DNA of 64,000 nt from the NCBI GenBank assembly GCA_051362555.1, contig CM120648.1, positions 15,992,587-16,056,586 on the forward strand, read 5' to 3'. Source of the stretch: Lingula anatina (lineage: Eukaryota > Animalia > Brachiopoda). The notes under the pieces were generated by a model. The model ran no database searches. It had not been told where the DNA came from and worked only from the letters and a program-made list of their open reading frames with translations. This document shows, piece by piece, positions 21,979 through 35,779 of this stretch; position 1 is the stretch's first letter; the number at the start of each line of letters is the position of its first letter. Both the position numbers and the translations under genes were made by a program.

Positions 21979-23238
21979 AAAGGAGCACTATCCAATTAAA
22001 TCATTGCAGATTACGCAATGCAGCAGCGCAACAGGCTTGGTAGTCAGGTAATTGGTAGCGACACACCTGACCACATATTTCTCCATTCACTTATCTTATA
22101 TGAAATCTGAGTTTCTTGAAAAAAGAACTCATCTTACCTAGGCGTACCTTTGAAACTGTAATATTCCATATCAAATGTCAACTCTGTGTAAGTTGAGATT
22201 TTAAGAAGAAAGATCTGATGATTAAGATTATCTGAATGCGCTCCTAGCTATAAGGAGCTGTCTAAAGTCAGCAAGCTCAACTAAACTCGTAAATGAGAGG
22301 ATAATCAGCCTAAATTACATATACCTTCTTCAATATATCGTATTATAATCCTTTTAATGTTACTCAAATTAACGACCGCTAGATTTTGGTGTCAGCCAAG
22401 CTTATGTTTTACTCTTAACTTGTTGTATTAATTTTCTACTAGAATAAATTTGAAAATAAGCATTGTTTATGTTTTGTCTGATTTTATTGCTCATTAATGA
22501 TCAATCACGGTCAAAGACGCCATGAAACGTCAAATCTTGTGAAAATAACTTCGGGATTTTCCGCCTCCTATTTTCGAAGGTCCTTGAGCATTGGTTACGA
22601 TAAGCACACCGAGCTAAGACTAAAAACTATGTGCAACACTCCTAGTCGACCTAGCTAGGTCACTAAGCTCATTCTAGCCGACTACAGATTTAAGATTCTG
22701 TGTGAATTAGACGGGGCCTGAAGCTGGTTTCACAAATAAAAGCCCGAAAATTTTTCTCAAATTTTACACCAAAATTTGGTCTTTTTCTATTCAAAAGCGA
22801 ACTTAGGCCATGCGTTTGTCCTAGAGTAAACTAGTAGTAGATCAATAAATTAACTGCATTTTGTTATATTTTTGTTATTAAAATACATTGGGTCAAAGCA
22901 AACTTGAATATCGGTCTTAACATTACGAGGGATTTTAGTTGGCTAAGCTACTACTATGTGGCAGGACATAAATACCGAATAATTAGTTTGTATCTCGACG
23001 GGAAGAGTTAAACTTTGAAAGTTTTTGCTTGATCGACCCTGTGCTGTATACTGCACGTATCTATTCATAGTCCCAGATAAAAGCCATGACTTAAGCCACC
23101 TTATTTAAAAATGGTGACATTTTCTGTTAATAAATTAGACTCTGTTGCATGAAATGTTACCGTGAGTAGAAATTAATTTTGTTCAGTATTCTATTTTAGA
23201 TCTGAGGAGTGTTACAGAATAGCACTAGTATAATATGG

Positions 23239-23291
<53 letters not shown>

Positions 23292-23752
23292 TTATATAAT
23301 TATTATTAAATACTTAATATTATATACTTAAAAGTTCAGCATTATTTCTAGTTCTTAAAGGGGCTATATTTGAAAAAAAAAAGAACATTTCAAGTAGTGA
23401 AGGGACTGGGTGCAAATCTCGTAGTAATGGACGCTTCCATTTCCAATTCAACCTTTCGAGAGGTAGTAATAAGATTATTGAGATTCAAAGACTGTATGAG
23501 CTATGAAACTTAACTGTACCTGTGTAGAATATTAGGTACATACATTGTAACGCATGCTTTGGGCTGTAGGTTCAAAGGTTAGCGGTCACTGGTGGTATTT
23601 TGGTAATGGCAACAGTCAATCGGAATGGCACTTTCACCCTCCCCCCATCCCCCCCACCAATAAAAAAAGATCATGGGACGTCATCTGTAAAATTAACACC
23701 TGGAAAATGTCCATGTACATATCATAATATAAGTATAACGACCATATAACAA

Positions 23753-23818
<66 letters not shown>

Positions 23819-23854
23819 GTTTAAGTCTGATTTTGGCTTACATAGTATGTAGCT

Positions 23855-24433
23855 TTACACTTGGTCCGAAAATCCATTCATAATATCCATTAAGCGTGCT
23901 ACACTACTCGCCAGAGTCATATCTGTGTGTCTCTTCAGTCTTTCTAACTGGATTTCTCTCGTGCGCAATTTCCGTCGACTTGGATCTGCTCCGTCCACTT
24001 GTCGATTCACTTCGGTCTTTAAATTACTCATGGAAAAACCGCCATTGCAAAGTCGCATTTGGCGGCGTCTAATTTTCTGCAGTTGTTCGCCCGGTCGCTT
24101 GAACTCTGGTTGTCCGCACTGCCTTTGATAAATGTTTTCCATTTTATACTCAGTTTTTAGGAGGCCTTTATACGCCTCCATCTTTTCTATGGTTCTCCGT
24201 ATGCTGCCGATGGTTCGGTCGGTCACCGTTTCCTGATATTGTCGATGCTTTTCTATAAACTGGGTCGTTGCTTGGCATTTGGCGGCCTCTATGTCATTGA
24301 GTTTCTGCGCACGTCGCCTCGTGGCCAAACTCACATCAAGCATGGCGCTGTTGTTGGACCTCCAGTTGCCATGGTTACTGGCTTTGAACGTGCCTTTGGA
24401 ATGCGACATGGCGCCTAGCGAAGTGAGGTTCAT
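23855..24433 (-). CDS. Probable host coding exon/ORF, uncharacterised basic coiled-coil protein (192 aa)
   Basis: Long ATG-initiated frame, GC-richer than its flanks, natural charged helical composition and no TE motifs; may splice out near its 3' end. Confidence 0.6.
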   Translation of the reverse strand: MNLTSLGAMSHSKGTFKASNHGNWRSNNSAMLDVSLATRRRAQKLNDIEAAKCQATTQFIEKHRQYQETVTDRTIGSIRRTIEKMEAYKGLLKTEYKMENIYQRQCGQPEFKRPGEQLQKIRRRQMRLCNGGFSMSNLKTEVNRQVDGADPSRRKLRTREIQLERLKRHTDMTLASSVARLMDIMNGFSDQV

Positions 24434-26438
24434 CGCTGTTTGTCCTAGCTGTTTTGTTTGTACAATAAAATGACGCTTCTAACGGTATACCTTCCTCGAA
24501 CTGTGTTTTCTATTCACACTCCTCTGCAACTGTTGATTATTTAAACTGTGTTAGAATGACTCAACTATCAATGCTGTTTGTAATAATTTCCTTCTGGCAT
24601 TGTGTATACTGGCCTACCCTTGAATAGATTCTTGAAAGTACATTTTGATTGAATTATCACAAACATTTTAACGAATTGTTTCATATAACTACTCTTATTG
24701 TCTAGACGCCCCAATGCGCAAAAAACATCCACCTTTCGACTTTTGCTTTTGCTTGATTTTTAATCTTTATTGTCCTCCTTCTCACTCTTGTTTCATCGTG
24801 TGTATACTATTTTAGTCATATATGTAACTCATTGAGTGTGTGCATCCGGGGATGGAAACGGCTGAGACTTCTGTGGTGGCAAAATCTGCGGTTAACTCAA
24901 TGAACAAACCTGAAATATATCTTCCTCGTGTTGTTGGTTGTCGGTGAATAACGAAAGGAAATTACCTGGCAAATAAACCCAAGAAACTGGTGACAGGTCA
25001 TGAGTGTGTTTTCCAATAACCAAAACCGCCACTAGCCAATTTTGTCCCTGATCTTAGAATATGCTATGGCAATGCTTATTAAACTGAAAAACTGAAACAC
25101 CTGTTCCGCCAGTCTCTGTGATATTTTGTTGACAGCTTGCGTTTCTTTTAAAATCACTGCTTGGTTTTCCTGTTTGTATAAGATCATACGATTTTTACGT
25201 TAGTGAACACGTTAGAAAACGCGTTCAGAAAACGAGCAAAATTGTTTCCTTAGCTGCGTTCATTCTCCGTCTGGTCGATGGTGTGTTTTATGAGTTAAAA
25301 ATCACCCGTAACTCTCTGTTGGTAACACCACTTACACTTTTACCGGTGACATTATACACGTGTTAACTGTTTTTCCATCAAATTTCTCTCTTCTGCGGAG
25401 GGAACCGTCAACAATTATCCGTGTTGCTGTTGTTTCCTACGCTTCGCGAGTCTGATGAAATTCTGAACTTGGTATTAGCTAGTAAACATACATTGTTTGG
25501 ATAACGTTCAGAAATGAGAACAATCAATACCACGTTTGCATTACTTCAGTAAAACTGAGTCTGTATGTATACATTTGAAACTGCATCAATTGAAACGGGA
25601 TCCGTTTCATTATGTCCTGCTTTGCGAAGCGTGCTGATTTTTAATGATCGCGTCCTTTATGCTTTCTCTTTGTGTTATTGATTGACAAAGCAAAAAACTG
25701 TAACCATGATTCTATTGTCTAGGCAGTGCGACATCTGACGCATACCCCGTAGATGTTTGCAGGGAATATCGACGCTAGCAGGTTTTTGCTGTAACTTTGC
25801 GTTGAATAATTTAAAGTCCAGTTTAGCTGCTGCTACCTGAGATGTAGTTTACTTTGGAAATGTACACAGGCACGAACACAAACACGCTATCTCTCTTTCT
25901 CACACACACACACACACACGCACGCACACAGACACACACACAGACACACACACAGACACACACACAAACACCACCCAAACCCAATACAGAGGTGCGTTTC
26001 ACATGCTGAAGTGTCCAAAAATAAAACTGAATGATTTCAAATTTGTATTCAATTTTTAAACCATATATGTACGTGTATGTGCATGGAACAAAAACTCACG
26101 ACTGTCTCAATTTGAATTCACAATGTAATTTTTACCATGCCTTTACTTAACGCAAAGAGCCCTAAATGATGACGCATGTTCTGGAAACGTATGGCGATGT
26201 ATGTTCCGGGTCATTTAATTTTAATTTCATTCGCGTTCCGATATATTTTGTAGTGATTCAGTCACACGACTTACATGACGTAAGGGTGTTTTTTTTTTTT
26301 TTTTTTTAATAAATACATATATTTAAACTGTAACTCAAGGGGCTTTGCATCGTGCCTAATAGTATGTAATGTATGTTCCCCAGAAAAATTGTCAAAAAGT
26401 TTCATTTTGTTCACGTACCTGATGCAATAGAAAACAGT

Positions 26439-26503
<65 letters not shown>

Positions 26504-26506
26504 CAG

Positions 26507-26527
26507 CACCCTGAGCTGTGATGGGTG
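26507..26527. mobile_element. 21-bp remnant (collapsed or excised allele) of the MITE at 35672-35779
   Basis: caccctgagctgtgatgggtg between the same ATATACAG direct repeats (26499-26506, 26528-26535). Confidence 0.8.
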
Positions 26528-27485
26528 ATATACAGTGACAAGCAAACTAAAGGCGCTCAAATACAATTAACTGCTCTATACAGAAAATTATTATAAATTT
26601 TTCACTGCGTTATACTCGTAGGAGATAAATCAAAAAACAAAGCCAGTGATGATTGAATTTTCAAAGTGAGTTAAATGTTTCACAGCTGGACGTTTTGCAT
26701 TTGTGACAGTAATGTATGTTCGTTTTTGAGGATAAACGATGATTTGTTATTATTCATGGTTCCCGGACAGTGAAACTTTGATACAAACTTCTTCTTGTGG
26801 GACCCTGAAATAATCAAACATAGTTTGCAATCTGTGCACAACATGGTTTAAGAGCATGCCTGTGACCTCATTTGCACCTCAATATTGGGTTTGGGAGACA
26901 CACACACACACTGTGGGAACCGTCGTCATGCAGCACAGGATGCAAATGACTCCGCTTGCTCGAAAGTGCACTGTTTGAAATTAACAAATTGGTGAAATTG
27001 ACAAAGCCTGTCGGTGTTTATCGTCTGGTTGGTTTTATGGTATTTTTTGGTGTCGTTGTGAGGAATTCTATTGGAAATATTCTGTTAATTGTACGTATTA
27101 ATAGGTAAATTCAGCGGACTTTCCTTAGAATAACATTTATTTTGACTTTATTATAAGGGGATTCCCTTTGTATTTATAGTGTTATATGTGACCCCAAATG
27201 ACCCCCCCCCTCACAAACACACACACACACAAACACACACACTTGATTAATAAAATGCTTTATATGGCAGGTTGAAAATGATATTGCAAAATGCATTCTA
27301 AATCGTAGGAAGGTAAAGTGCAGATAATGCTGCAAGGATATTCTTATTCAAGGGCGAAATCCGCCAATATAAGAAATTTTACTTCAATTGTGTGTTTTTA
27401 GCGTCAGTTGTAATTTATTGAAAGCGAGGCAATGGAACCAAACATTACGTACTGGTGCAATTTGTAATCTCGCAAAAAATAATAT

Positions 27486-29473
27486 TTTTTTTTTTTTTTT
27501 TTTATGGAAAAAAATAATAATAAGTAAATAAATAAACACAAATAGAGTATATATATATGTTCCTTTCATACACGCACACATACCCACGTACGCACAACAC
27601 TCATACTTGGTCACTGCTAATATGTATATTATCCTTCCATTACACAGTTGTGTTTACAAAAATAGACTAATTAGTTGTCTGTCCATTTCACTCAAATATA
27701 GTAACTTCATCTCTAAGTGCCTGCTAATTAACAAAACAAAATTAAATAAAATATAATAGAAAACTTAAACCCAAAAGATAAAGAAAGGGATGCTACTGCT
27801 ATTCCCCTTCAACAAAAAGTGGTAACCATTGTGCCCATTGTTTAACAAAGTTGTCATATGTGCAAGATCCATGACGCAAAGCAATATTTTTTTCAACATG
27901 ATACATAAATTTTATGTAACCCAAAAGACCTTGAAAGCTTAGGGTCTTTTTTTGTTTCAGGCACTTGTAAATATATAGTTTTCCAAACATAATAAGTAAA
28001 TTAAAAATTTTACTTTCCGTTGTGCATTTTATTCCAAACAAGATTTTATAGTCATCGAGATCCAAATTGACATTAGTTTTTTCGAGTATATGGTCTTGAA
28101 ACTTATTCCAAAGAGGACGCACACTATTACATTGTATAAACACATGAAGGAGATCTTCACGGTCTCTTTTACAAAAGCCACATATGTCATTATCCTGAAT
28201 GCCAATCTTTTTCAAATAAGCACCCAAAGGGAGTATCCTATGTATTATTCTAAACTGAAGCCATTGTAACGTTGTATCTCGAGAAGTTCCAAAACAAGTC
28301 TCAAAAATTTCTTCCGTTTTTAAGCGAGCGTCCCCGTTATTGAATAGTTTTTGGTTCCATGTACAGACACCAGTGGGAATAATATTTTTCTTATTTAGGA
28401 CATTATATACATATCTGTTTCCTTTTTCATTTAGCATAAGCCCCTTGAAATGAAACGGGTAGTAAGGGGTGACTGTAATAGCCACCTTTTCCTTATCAAA
28501 TTGTCTTAGAAAACCCTTAACTGCACTGTACATGCTATTAAACTGCATAGTTTGGACTCTCAAATTGAATTTTTGTTCAAGCACATTCTTTTTCATTAAA
28601 TTTCCCTGATTGTCCAACATATCTCCAAGAACTTTTATTCCTTGTTTGTACCAGGAAGGGATAAACACCGAAGCGTTGTTAATCTTAATTTCAGTATTAT
28701 ACCAAAGAGGTATTGCGCCTGGGTCACTTGCCCATTCCCTTAACATTTGGACTTTCATAAAGTAAGCCCAAGCTATCAGAGTATCCTGCCAAAATTTGTT
28801 TTGGATACGTTCTGCTAACTTCCTGACATAATCATCACCAAAGTCGAGCAGGTTCTGGATTAACTTTTTTCCTAATATGGATTCTAATATATTAGTCCAA
28901 ATCTGTTTCCTAGTAATTAGTCTTTTCAACCAAGAACATTTTAATGATGTAATAAAAAATTTTATGTCAATCATTTTAAGGCCACCAGCGTTGTGATTTT
29001 GAGAGGCTACGTCCCTTTTAATTCTATCACATTTTGACCCCCATACAAAATTATAAAAACTCAGTCTCAAGCGATTTAATAAATCCGTTGTTTGGGTTGG
29101 GTAGGGAGATAAATAGATGGGTAAGTTTGGAAATTAGTAACGATTTTACAATCGTGGTTTTACCTATTGGGCTAAGGATGCGTTTTTTCCATTGTTTAAT
29201 CTGACTTTGTACTTTTGTCATTTGCTTTTGATAATTCAGATCAATCATGTCACTTAACTCTACTGAAAAAGTTATGCCTAACAGCTCAAATATTTGTACC
29301 CCCCAATAAAGTTTCCATCTGGAATGATGGTACACATCTTTACTATATTTTTTGGAACCTATCCATATTACTTTAGTTTTTGAGGCATTGATGTGTAGTC
29401 CAGATAATTTTGCAAAGTATTCAAGGGTTTCCAGGGAATTGAATAAAGATTCTTTCGATCCATCTAATGTAAG
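27486..29473 (-). mobile_element. 5'-truncated L1/Tx1 LINE inserted in a T-tract
   Basis: Poly(A) tail at 27486-27503; absent from copy B, where the empty site is aataatattttttaatgaag at ~36733-36752. Confidence 0.93.
27799..29470 (-). pseudogene. LINE ORF2 C-terminal part (RT end, thumb, CCHC), one frameshift near 29055
   Basis: SGLHINASKT, LLGITF, GKTTIVKSL, GGLKMID, WLQFRIIHRIL and CGFCKRDREDLLHVFIQC. Confidence 0.9.
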
Positions 29474-29986
29474 TTTTTTAATGAAGATCATTGCATGGCA
29501 TACATCAGAGGACGCAACGTTTATTATTGGATTCTTCAATAATAATAGATATAAAATATACGATACAGTGGTGGATTTAGAGGGGTTTCTAAAAATATTA
29601 CACTAATACTCAAAGTAAAAAAACGTAATCTATCTAAGAACGCTCCGTGTCGGCTTCTCAAATAAGTGCTCGAGAACATGATGAACTGTAACAACGTTGG
29701 TAATAAATACCATGTTTGCAGACTCTCGATTTGCGGGATGAATTACATATGTACGGCTCTCGGCATATTGATTGTTATGGCAGATTAATATATGTACAGC
29801 CAATCTGGCCCTCTCTGTGAGAAAGTAGAAAGTCTCCATTTGATCCATTCTTGCCATCGAAGCTTCTGTGGCTCCTTGTTAACACCGCTGTCTTCTACAA
29901 AACTAAGCACAGCTAGACGTGGGTTCGAATGTTGAGATCTTCACTTTGATTCTTTTTTTAAATCTATTTATTATTATTATTATTAT

Positions 29987-30034
<48 letters not shown>

Positions 30035-30112
30035 TGAAATAATTTCTAAAATTTTTAGTTTGATTACTATAAGAGGAAACTCGTAGGTGGGGAGGGTAGG
30101 TGGGTCAGTCAT

Positions 30113-30225
30113 GGCGCAGTCATGGCGCTGTTGGTAGAGTGCTTGCAAAAAAATGGTTGCAAAAATAAAAATATACCAAGCCATCAGCAAACCTTGGGAC
30201 GGCAAGTCACGAGTTCAAATACCAG
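30113..30225 (+). repeat. tRNA-derived SINE-like head (copy at ~37370-37483)
   Basis: A-box-like TGGCGCTGTTGG, stem CTTGC/GCAAG around an enlarged loop, B-box-like GAGTTCAAATACC. Confidence 0.35.
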
Positions 30226-30788
30226 ATGACGCATGCCAATTAACCACAACAACGAGCTGGCCCCGCAATCGAAATCGAATGCAGGCATACCGGTACGTGT
30301 GTCCGAGCAAATTACCTTTTGCAAAAAATCCGGTATAGTTTAGAATTAGTGATTGATTTTGACAATAAATTATTGCTCGACATTATCATAAAGTCTGCGT
30401 CGTTTATTATTTTTCTCTTCTCTGCTTTAAAGACTTTTAAATGGTACTTGGGCGGGGATGGTCATTGATCTCTATTCTTTACCAGCTACGCAACAGATCA
30501 AAATTGAATTAAGTCAAAACCTTACCCGGCATAGCGCCATGCATGTCGTACAGCCTATAGCTTTACAGGTGAAGTCAAACGTAAACTCAGTGAAAAACAA
30601 AATGAAAAAAAAAAAAAAACAGCATCTGAAATCATCTAACTAAAATATTTGGCTATTGAGATAAGATTGTCACCTAAATGGCTGACTTTTGGGTGCCTTA
30701 GGACCAGTGAAAGGGAGTATCCCCCCCCCCCCCCCCCCCCCCCCCCGGACGAGTTACCTGTAAGAACCCAGTAAAGTGGCACGGTAAA

Positions 30789-31001
30789 CAGTGGAGGATA
30801 TAGGGGGTGTCAGGGGGTCCTGACCCCCCTACGATTTCTGAAAAAGCAGACCAATGATCCCTCTTGAAATTAGAATTTTGACTAGCTGAATCAAACAGTA
30901 GTTCTAAACCGTACCAACTGGCACCGTTCGCCCTCTAAAGTGCCAATTCTTTTCCGTCCCTTGACACCCCCACCCCTCAAAAAATCCTGCATCCGCCATT
31001 G
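30789..31001. mobile_element. MITE with CAGTGG termini (hAT-like; copy at 38040-38252)
   Basis: cagtggaggatatagg ... cctgcatccgccattg imperfect TIRs; TSD not preserved. Confidence 0.6.
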
Positions 31002-32065
31002 CGATATAATAAATTCTTATGCGAGACCAATTAATTGATATTTTGTAGAGGCTTACAGGCTAAGCTTGGTTCTCATATTGAGGCACGACGTTTTATTCGT
31101 GTGCTTCGTCATGCACACAAACACGCACAAACACGCACGCATCTTATTCACCATCTTGACTGAGAAGTAAAAAAATTAGTCCAGCTGGTCGTGGCGTCAT
31201 TCTCGTTTCAGCCCACTAGGTCTTTGTGAAGCGATAAGGGCATTAGTTGATCTCTAGAAGGGACGTTTTTATACACAGACGTTGTCTAAATTTTTTGATT
31301 ACTTTTTAAAGTCCACTTTATTTACACTTTTTTTCAGTGTGATGTCTCTATACCTAATCAATAACCAGAACATTTTTCGCTCGCCAAGTAAAGAGGGGCC
31401 GACTAAGAAACCAATGTTGATAGGGTAGTTTTAAAGTTTGGCATTTGATGGATTTAATAATAATAAGATAGGAAGAGAAATTTATTCAGGAAACAGGACA
31501 AGCGCATTTTTAGCACCAAATCACTGTGCCACTGTATGAACCCAAAGCAGTAAGGGCATTATAATAGATTACTTCAAACTTTTTACCTTTCTTTTTTTCC
31601 CATGGAACAGCGTTAATACTCCTGAATTCAATTCCCATCACCAATAATTCAATGAATGTATTAATATTTAATTAAATAACTAACCGATTAAAGGGTTAAA
31701 GGTTGAGGATTTTGAAATAAGGGTTCCAAATTCTTTTCATTGGGGAGACTGTCTAGGCTGTATTTGCTTTAAAAAATGAAGATTCTGGACATATCTGTGC
31801 CCAAACTTGAAACAGAAAGTCTCAAAGGACAGTTGGACGGTGACATGGCTTGCAGGTGACCAACTCTCAAGCGCCATGTTAAAGGTACCGAAACTACTCT
31901 TAGTTTCACGTAAGTTGTAAACTTCTGATGATTCTAATTAGTTAGATATTACATGTGAGATACACGTATAAGGGAAGTTTTAAAAAACTTTTGTCTGCTC
32001 CCATCATACCACGATGTCTTTTCTATTTCACTGTCTATCTGATGAATTTTACTTATTTGTTCGTT

Positions 32066-32240
32066 CAGGCCCGTAGCCAGGGAGGGGGGGGAGATCGAAA
32101 AAAAAAAACCCTGTTTGCAAGGAAAAGGTCCCCTCTGGGTGAAATTTTATAATGGTATATGAAAGTTTCATGGAAAAAGGTCCACTTTTTCAGAAAAAGA
32201 ACCCCCCCCCCCACTTTTGAAATTTCTGGCAACGGGCCTG
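32066..32240. mobile_element. MITE with CAGGCCCGT termini (copy at 39317-39490)
   Basis: caggcccgtagccag ... ctggcaacgggcctg TIRs flanked by a tcgtt direct repeat. Confidence 0.75.
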
Positions 32241-33612
32241 TCGTTTGTTTATTTTGCTAACTGTAGAGACAAAGCGGACAAGAACGCAAGAATTCAAGCA
32301 ATTTAAGACATTTAATGAAGCAAGGGTGACATATCACAGCGGATCAGATAAAAAAACATTCTCTCATCATTCGTGTCTTCGAGTAGCATTCAGGCAACAA
32401 TTATGATAAAGATCTGCTAACAATGATGAGGGAGTTGTGGGTCAAAGTATCGCCACTTGTCCAGTGCAGTCATTGCATTAACGGCATTTTCATAATCAGC
32501 AAATTTTCTTCTTCTTTGTATAAAATCTGTCATTTCCGTAGACTGAAAATTCTTAAAATATCTATTGCTATGGCTAAGGATTTCTTTGCCTTTGTGAAAA
32601 TAGTCATGATAAAAGTTGAGAAAATTAAAGTCAAAGTATCACCTCTTGTGCATTGCAGTCATTGCATTAAAGGCATCTTCATTATTTTCTTCTTCCTTAA
32701 ATAAAATCTGTCATTTCCGTAGATTGAAAATTCTTAAAATATATATTTGCTATGGCTAAGTATTTATTTGCCTTTGTGAAATAGTCATGATAAAAGTTGA
32801 GAAAAATCAAATAATACACACTCTATACCATGTGGCAAGCTATCAAACGTTCAATACCTTTAGCAAGATCCCTTTAACCATCCATCTATCTGTATCATAA
32901 TGCACTGTTTTAGAAAATTTAAAACTGAAGGCTTACAACACATATATATCACAACAGCTAAACATAAACGAGTTGCGCGAAGCAAACTCGTTCTTCAAAT
33001 CGTCAAATCGTTTCAAGGCATTTGCGCTTTTTTGAAAGATGTTGTTAAAACTTCAGCATTGAGTTTTTGTGTACCGTTATATTAATTTCACGTCTATGAG
33101 AACCAAAGGCAAATAACTACGAAAAATCTTGCCAAGAAAGTCCAAATAAAAGCGGTCGATTTGCACTTTATTTCAAACGGAGATTTAAATGAGGGTCCCA
33201 CTGGGTATTTTTGTAACCCTTGAAAGCAACTTTTTATTTCCCCAGATGCATGAAACGTTCATATTATTTAGAGCGGCATCTGAATGCTGATTTTTATTTC
33301 TCGTTCGTCGTTAAACGAAGTCATTATACTCAGCGATACGTGGTTTTCAACTTGCCGGGCTTGCATTTTCAATGAGATATGAATAAAGTCTTATTTACTG
33401 TGATTTGTGATTTGCTGGTTTTATTTTCCGTGGTCTTAACGCCCCCCTTCTCCCATGGGACCCTCTCAGAAAGTCCGAAAGCAAAATTAATGTTCGGAAA
33501 TGAGAACAATTTGAGTCTCAGTTGGCTGTGGTATTGCATCTCCATGTAAACATGCCAGCTGTATTACATTCGATGCTATACCCCAAGCATTTCGCATGCC
33601 TTATAATTCAGT

Positions 33613-33905
33613 TTACATGACATAGGCAATGAAAGGCTTGTAGAGCATACGCCCGGAGAACTGGATATCCAGTTGGTATCTGCCGAATGTGGGCACGAGG
33701 TAGGTGATGTCGTAATGCAGACAGGTCGGGCCACACTGGCGGTAGATGGCGGCCATGCCGGTGTCTTCGTTGGTGACTTTCAGCCATGGGCACATTTCTG
33801 CGCTGCTAGTTGGAACTATCAAATACACACGTCTTAGGCTTCTGGTGCTTGGCTGCGGTCCGAGACGAATGACGTCAAATGTATACCGTCCGTTTCTGGC
33901 GGGCT
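33613..33905 (-). CDS. Putative terminal exon, copy 2 of 12134-12426
   Basis: Same acceptor and stop, no indels, 11 aa differences from copy 1. Confidence 0.55.
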
Positions 33906-34254
33906 CTGAATGCAAACGGAATGAATTAATTGATCAATTATAATAAATAATTATGCACATTCGATAAATTTCAGAACTCTTAGAACTGTTTAAATTAACA
34001 CTTTGCAAAAAAAAAACAGTGAAAATATATCATGAGTAAACTAGTAGACTTTCGGGCAGAAACAAAATAGTGTAATCACTTGTACAATTGCGTGGGCTCG
34101 GTTGTTAAGTACTCATGATTTTCATTCAGTATTTTTTATTTACTTCAATGAAAAGAAAGAAAAGGGGGAACAGAGGGTAAAGCCACTGTACATTTACCTT
34201 TAGCATTACTGTAAATTACTGAGAGGGTGAGAGATGGGGGCAAAGAAAATACGT

Positions 34255-34285
<31 letters not shown>

Positions 34286-34399
34286 TGAGGGAAAAATACG
34301 GAAAGAGGGAGAGAGAGAGAGAGGAAAATAGAGATGGGGCCACAGAAAATACGTACAGACAGGTAGAGGAAGCCAAAGAAAATACGAGAGAGAGAGTGG

Positions 34400-35577
34400 G
34401 TGTATATTCCTGCATTCACTAGATAAAACAACGTAAAAGCTAAACCCATGTAAAGATACACACCCGTGTTTTAGTGGAAAATCAAGAATGTGGAGGATGG
34501 AGGACCCACGGTCACTAACGGAAAGTGGCGGAAAGTTGTGGAAAATTCTGAGGAGAAGCACACAATAATAAAGCAATTACACGAAGAAAGTAAGGGCGCA
34601 ACTTATGTGCAGACTTATCATATTTTAAAATTATTTGGTTGGCATTATATGCTTTTAGTACTTTGCATTTTCTTTTATGTCTCTTTTAATATTTTAATGT
34701 AGGTGGTTACATGGAAGTCACAAAGACTCTCCTCAAAGTGCAGCAACATTTCTTTTGGCATCGCATGTCAGATGATGTAAATGAAAATAAATAGCTAGGT
34801 GCCATAGATGTCAAATGCAAAACTCCAAAAGCTAAGAACACCCAGTATCTAGTTGTAAGCCATGGAGCCAGGTAGTTACCCCTTTTTAATAATTAAACAT
34901 TAAAAATATAGAAAAAACGCTTAATAAAGATTATGAAATGGTTATCCATCAATTATTTTATATGACAGGCCAAAATTTAACACACCAGCAACGCCTTTTT
35001 CCTTTAACACAGATATTACTTTATATTTATGTTATTATCAAATATCTATTACAGATTGGAATTGACCTTGTGGCAATGGAGGAATCGTACAATGCGAACA
35101 AGTACTTCTGTTCAGTGTTGTGCTATTTAACAAAACATGCTTCGGCAAAACCTTGAACTCATGATGATGTAAGGGTTTTTTTAAATAGTGCTAAAACTTA
35201 TTCATTTTGCCTATGAATCATATATGTATCTCGACATTATTAAATAACACAGTGAGATAATATATTAAAGTAATGTTATCTAATATTTTATTTAGTAATG
35301 CTATCAATAACCTGATTTAGATTTTGGAATTCAACAACCACCTCATTGATGAGACTTGTAAAACAACTAAACAAGAAGACAAGTAACATCCCCATATCAC
35401 CCACAGTCAAACGGCTTAACTGATGAGTCGATCTACCTCATTCCAACTAAATCGGCGATCTTTTTATTATTTAATCAATTTTGAAATTTCCCTATTAGTG
35501 CCAGTTCGAATTTTAACGCAAACACATAGTAAATGTAACATATTTTTTTTCCAATTCGCTTTTTTTATAAACACCTT
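34400..35577 (+). mobile_element. Ginger transposon fragment truncated by the duplication breakpoint
   Basis: Same integrase exons as 41650-42830. Confidence 0.75.
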
Positions 35578-35592
35578 TACAGTGTTTTTTCT

Positions 35593-35628
<36 letters not shown>

Positions 35629-35671
35629 TTTTTTGTTTTGTTTTGTTTTTTCCTTTTTTTTAAATATACAG

Positions 35672-35779
35672 CACCCTGAGCTTCAGAGCTAACTTGACAC
35701 TAACCTTTAGTAACTTGACACGATGGAGATAGGCTACAGTGAAAAGGTTAGTGACAAGTTAGCTCTGAAGCTCAGGTTG
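35672..35779. mobile_element. 108-bp MITE with ~37-bp TIRs and 8-bp TSD (P- or hAT-like)
   Basis: caccctgagcttcagagctaacttgacactaaccttt / aaaggttagtgacaagttagctctgaagctcaggttg; TSD ATATACAG at 35664-35671 and 35780-35787. Confidence 0.9.

Larger units (their letters stand above)
26433..35577. repeat. Tandem segmental duplication, copy A
   Basis: Near-identical to 35578-42830 apart from the LINE insertion, MITE state and homopolymer lengths; ORF-track translations repeat at ~7250-bp offset. Confidence 0.93.

Noticed and set aside
29630-29897. 75-aa minus-strand ORF repeated at 36895
   Set aside because: Conservation is due only to the recent duplication; frames following the nearby acceptor-like site close early and no motif is recognisable.
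30113-30225. Functional tRNA gene
   Set aside because: No acceptor stem and an oversized A-rich anticodon region; kept only as a low-confidence SINE head.
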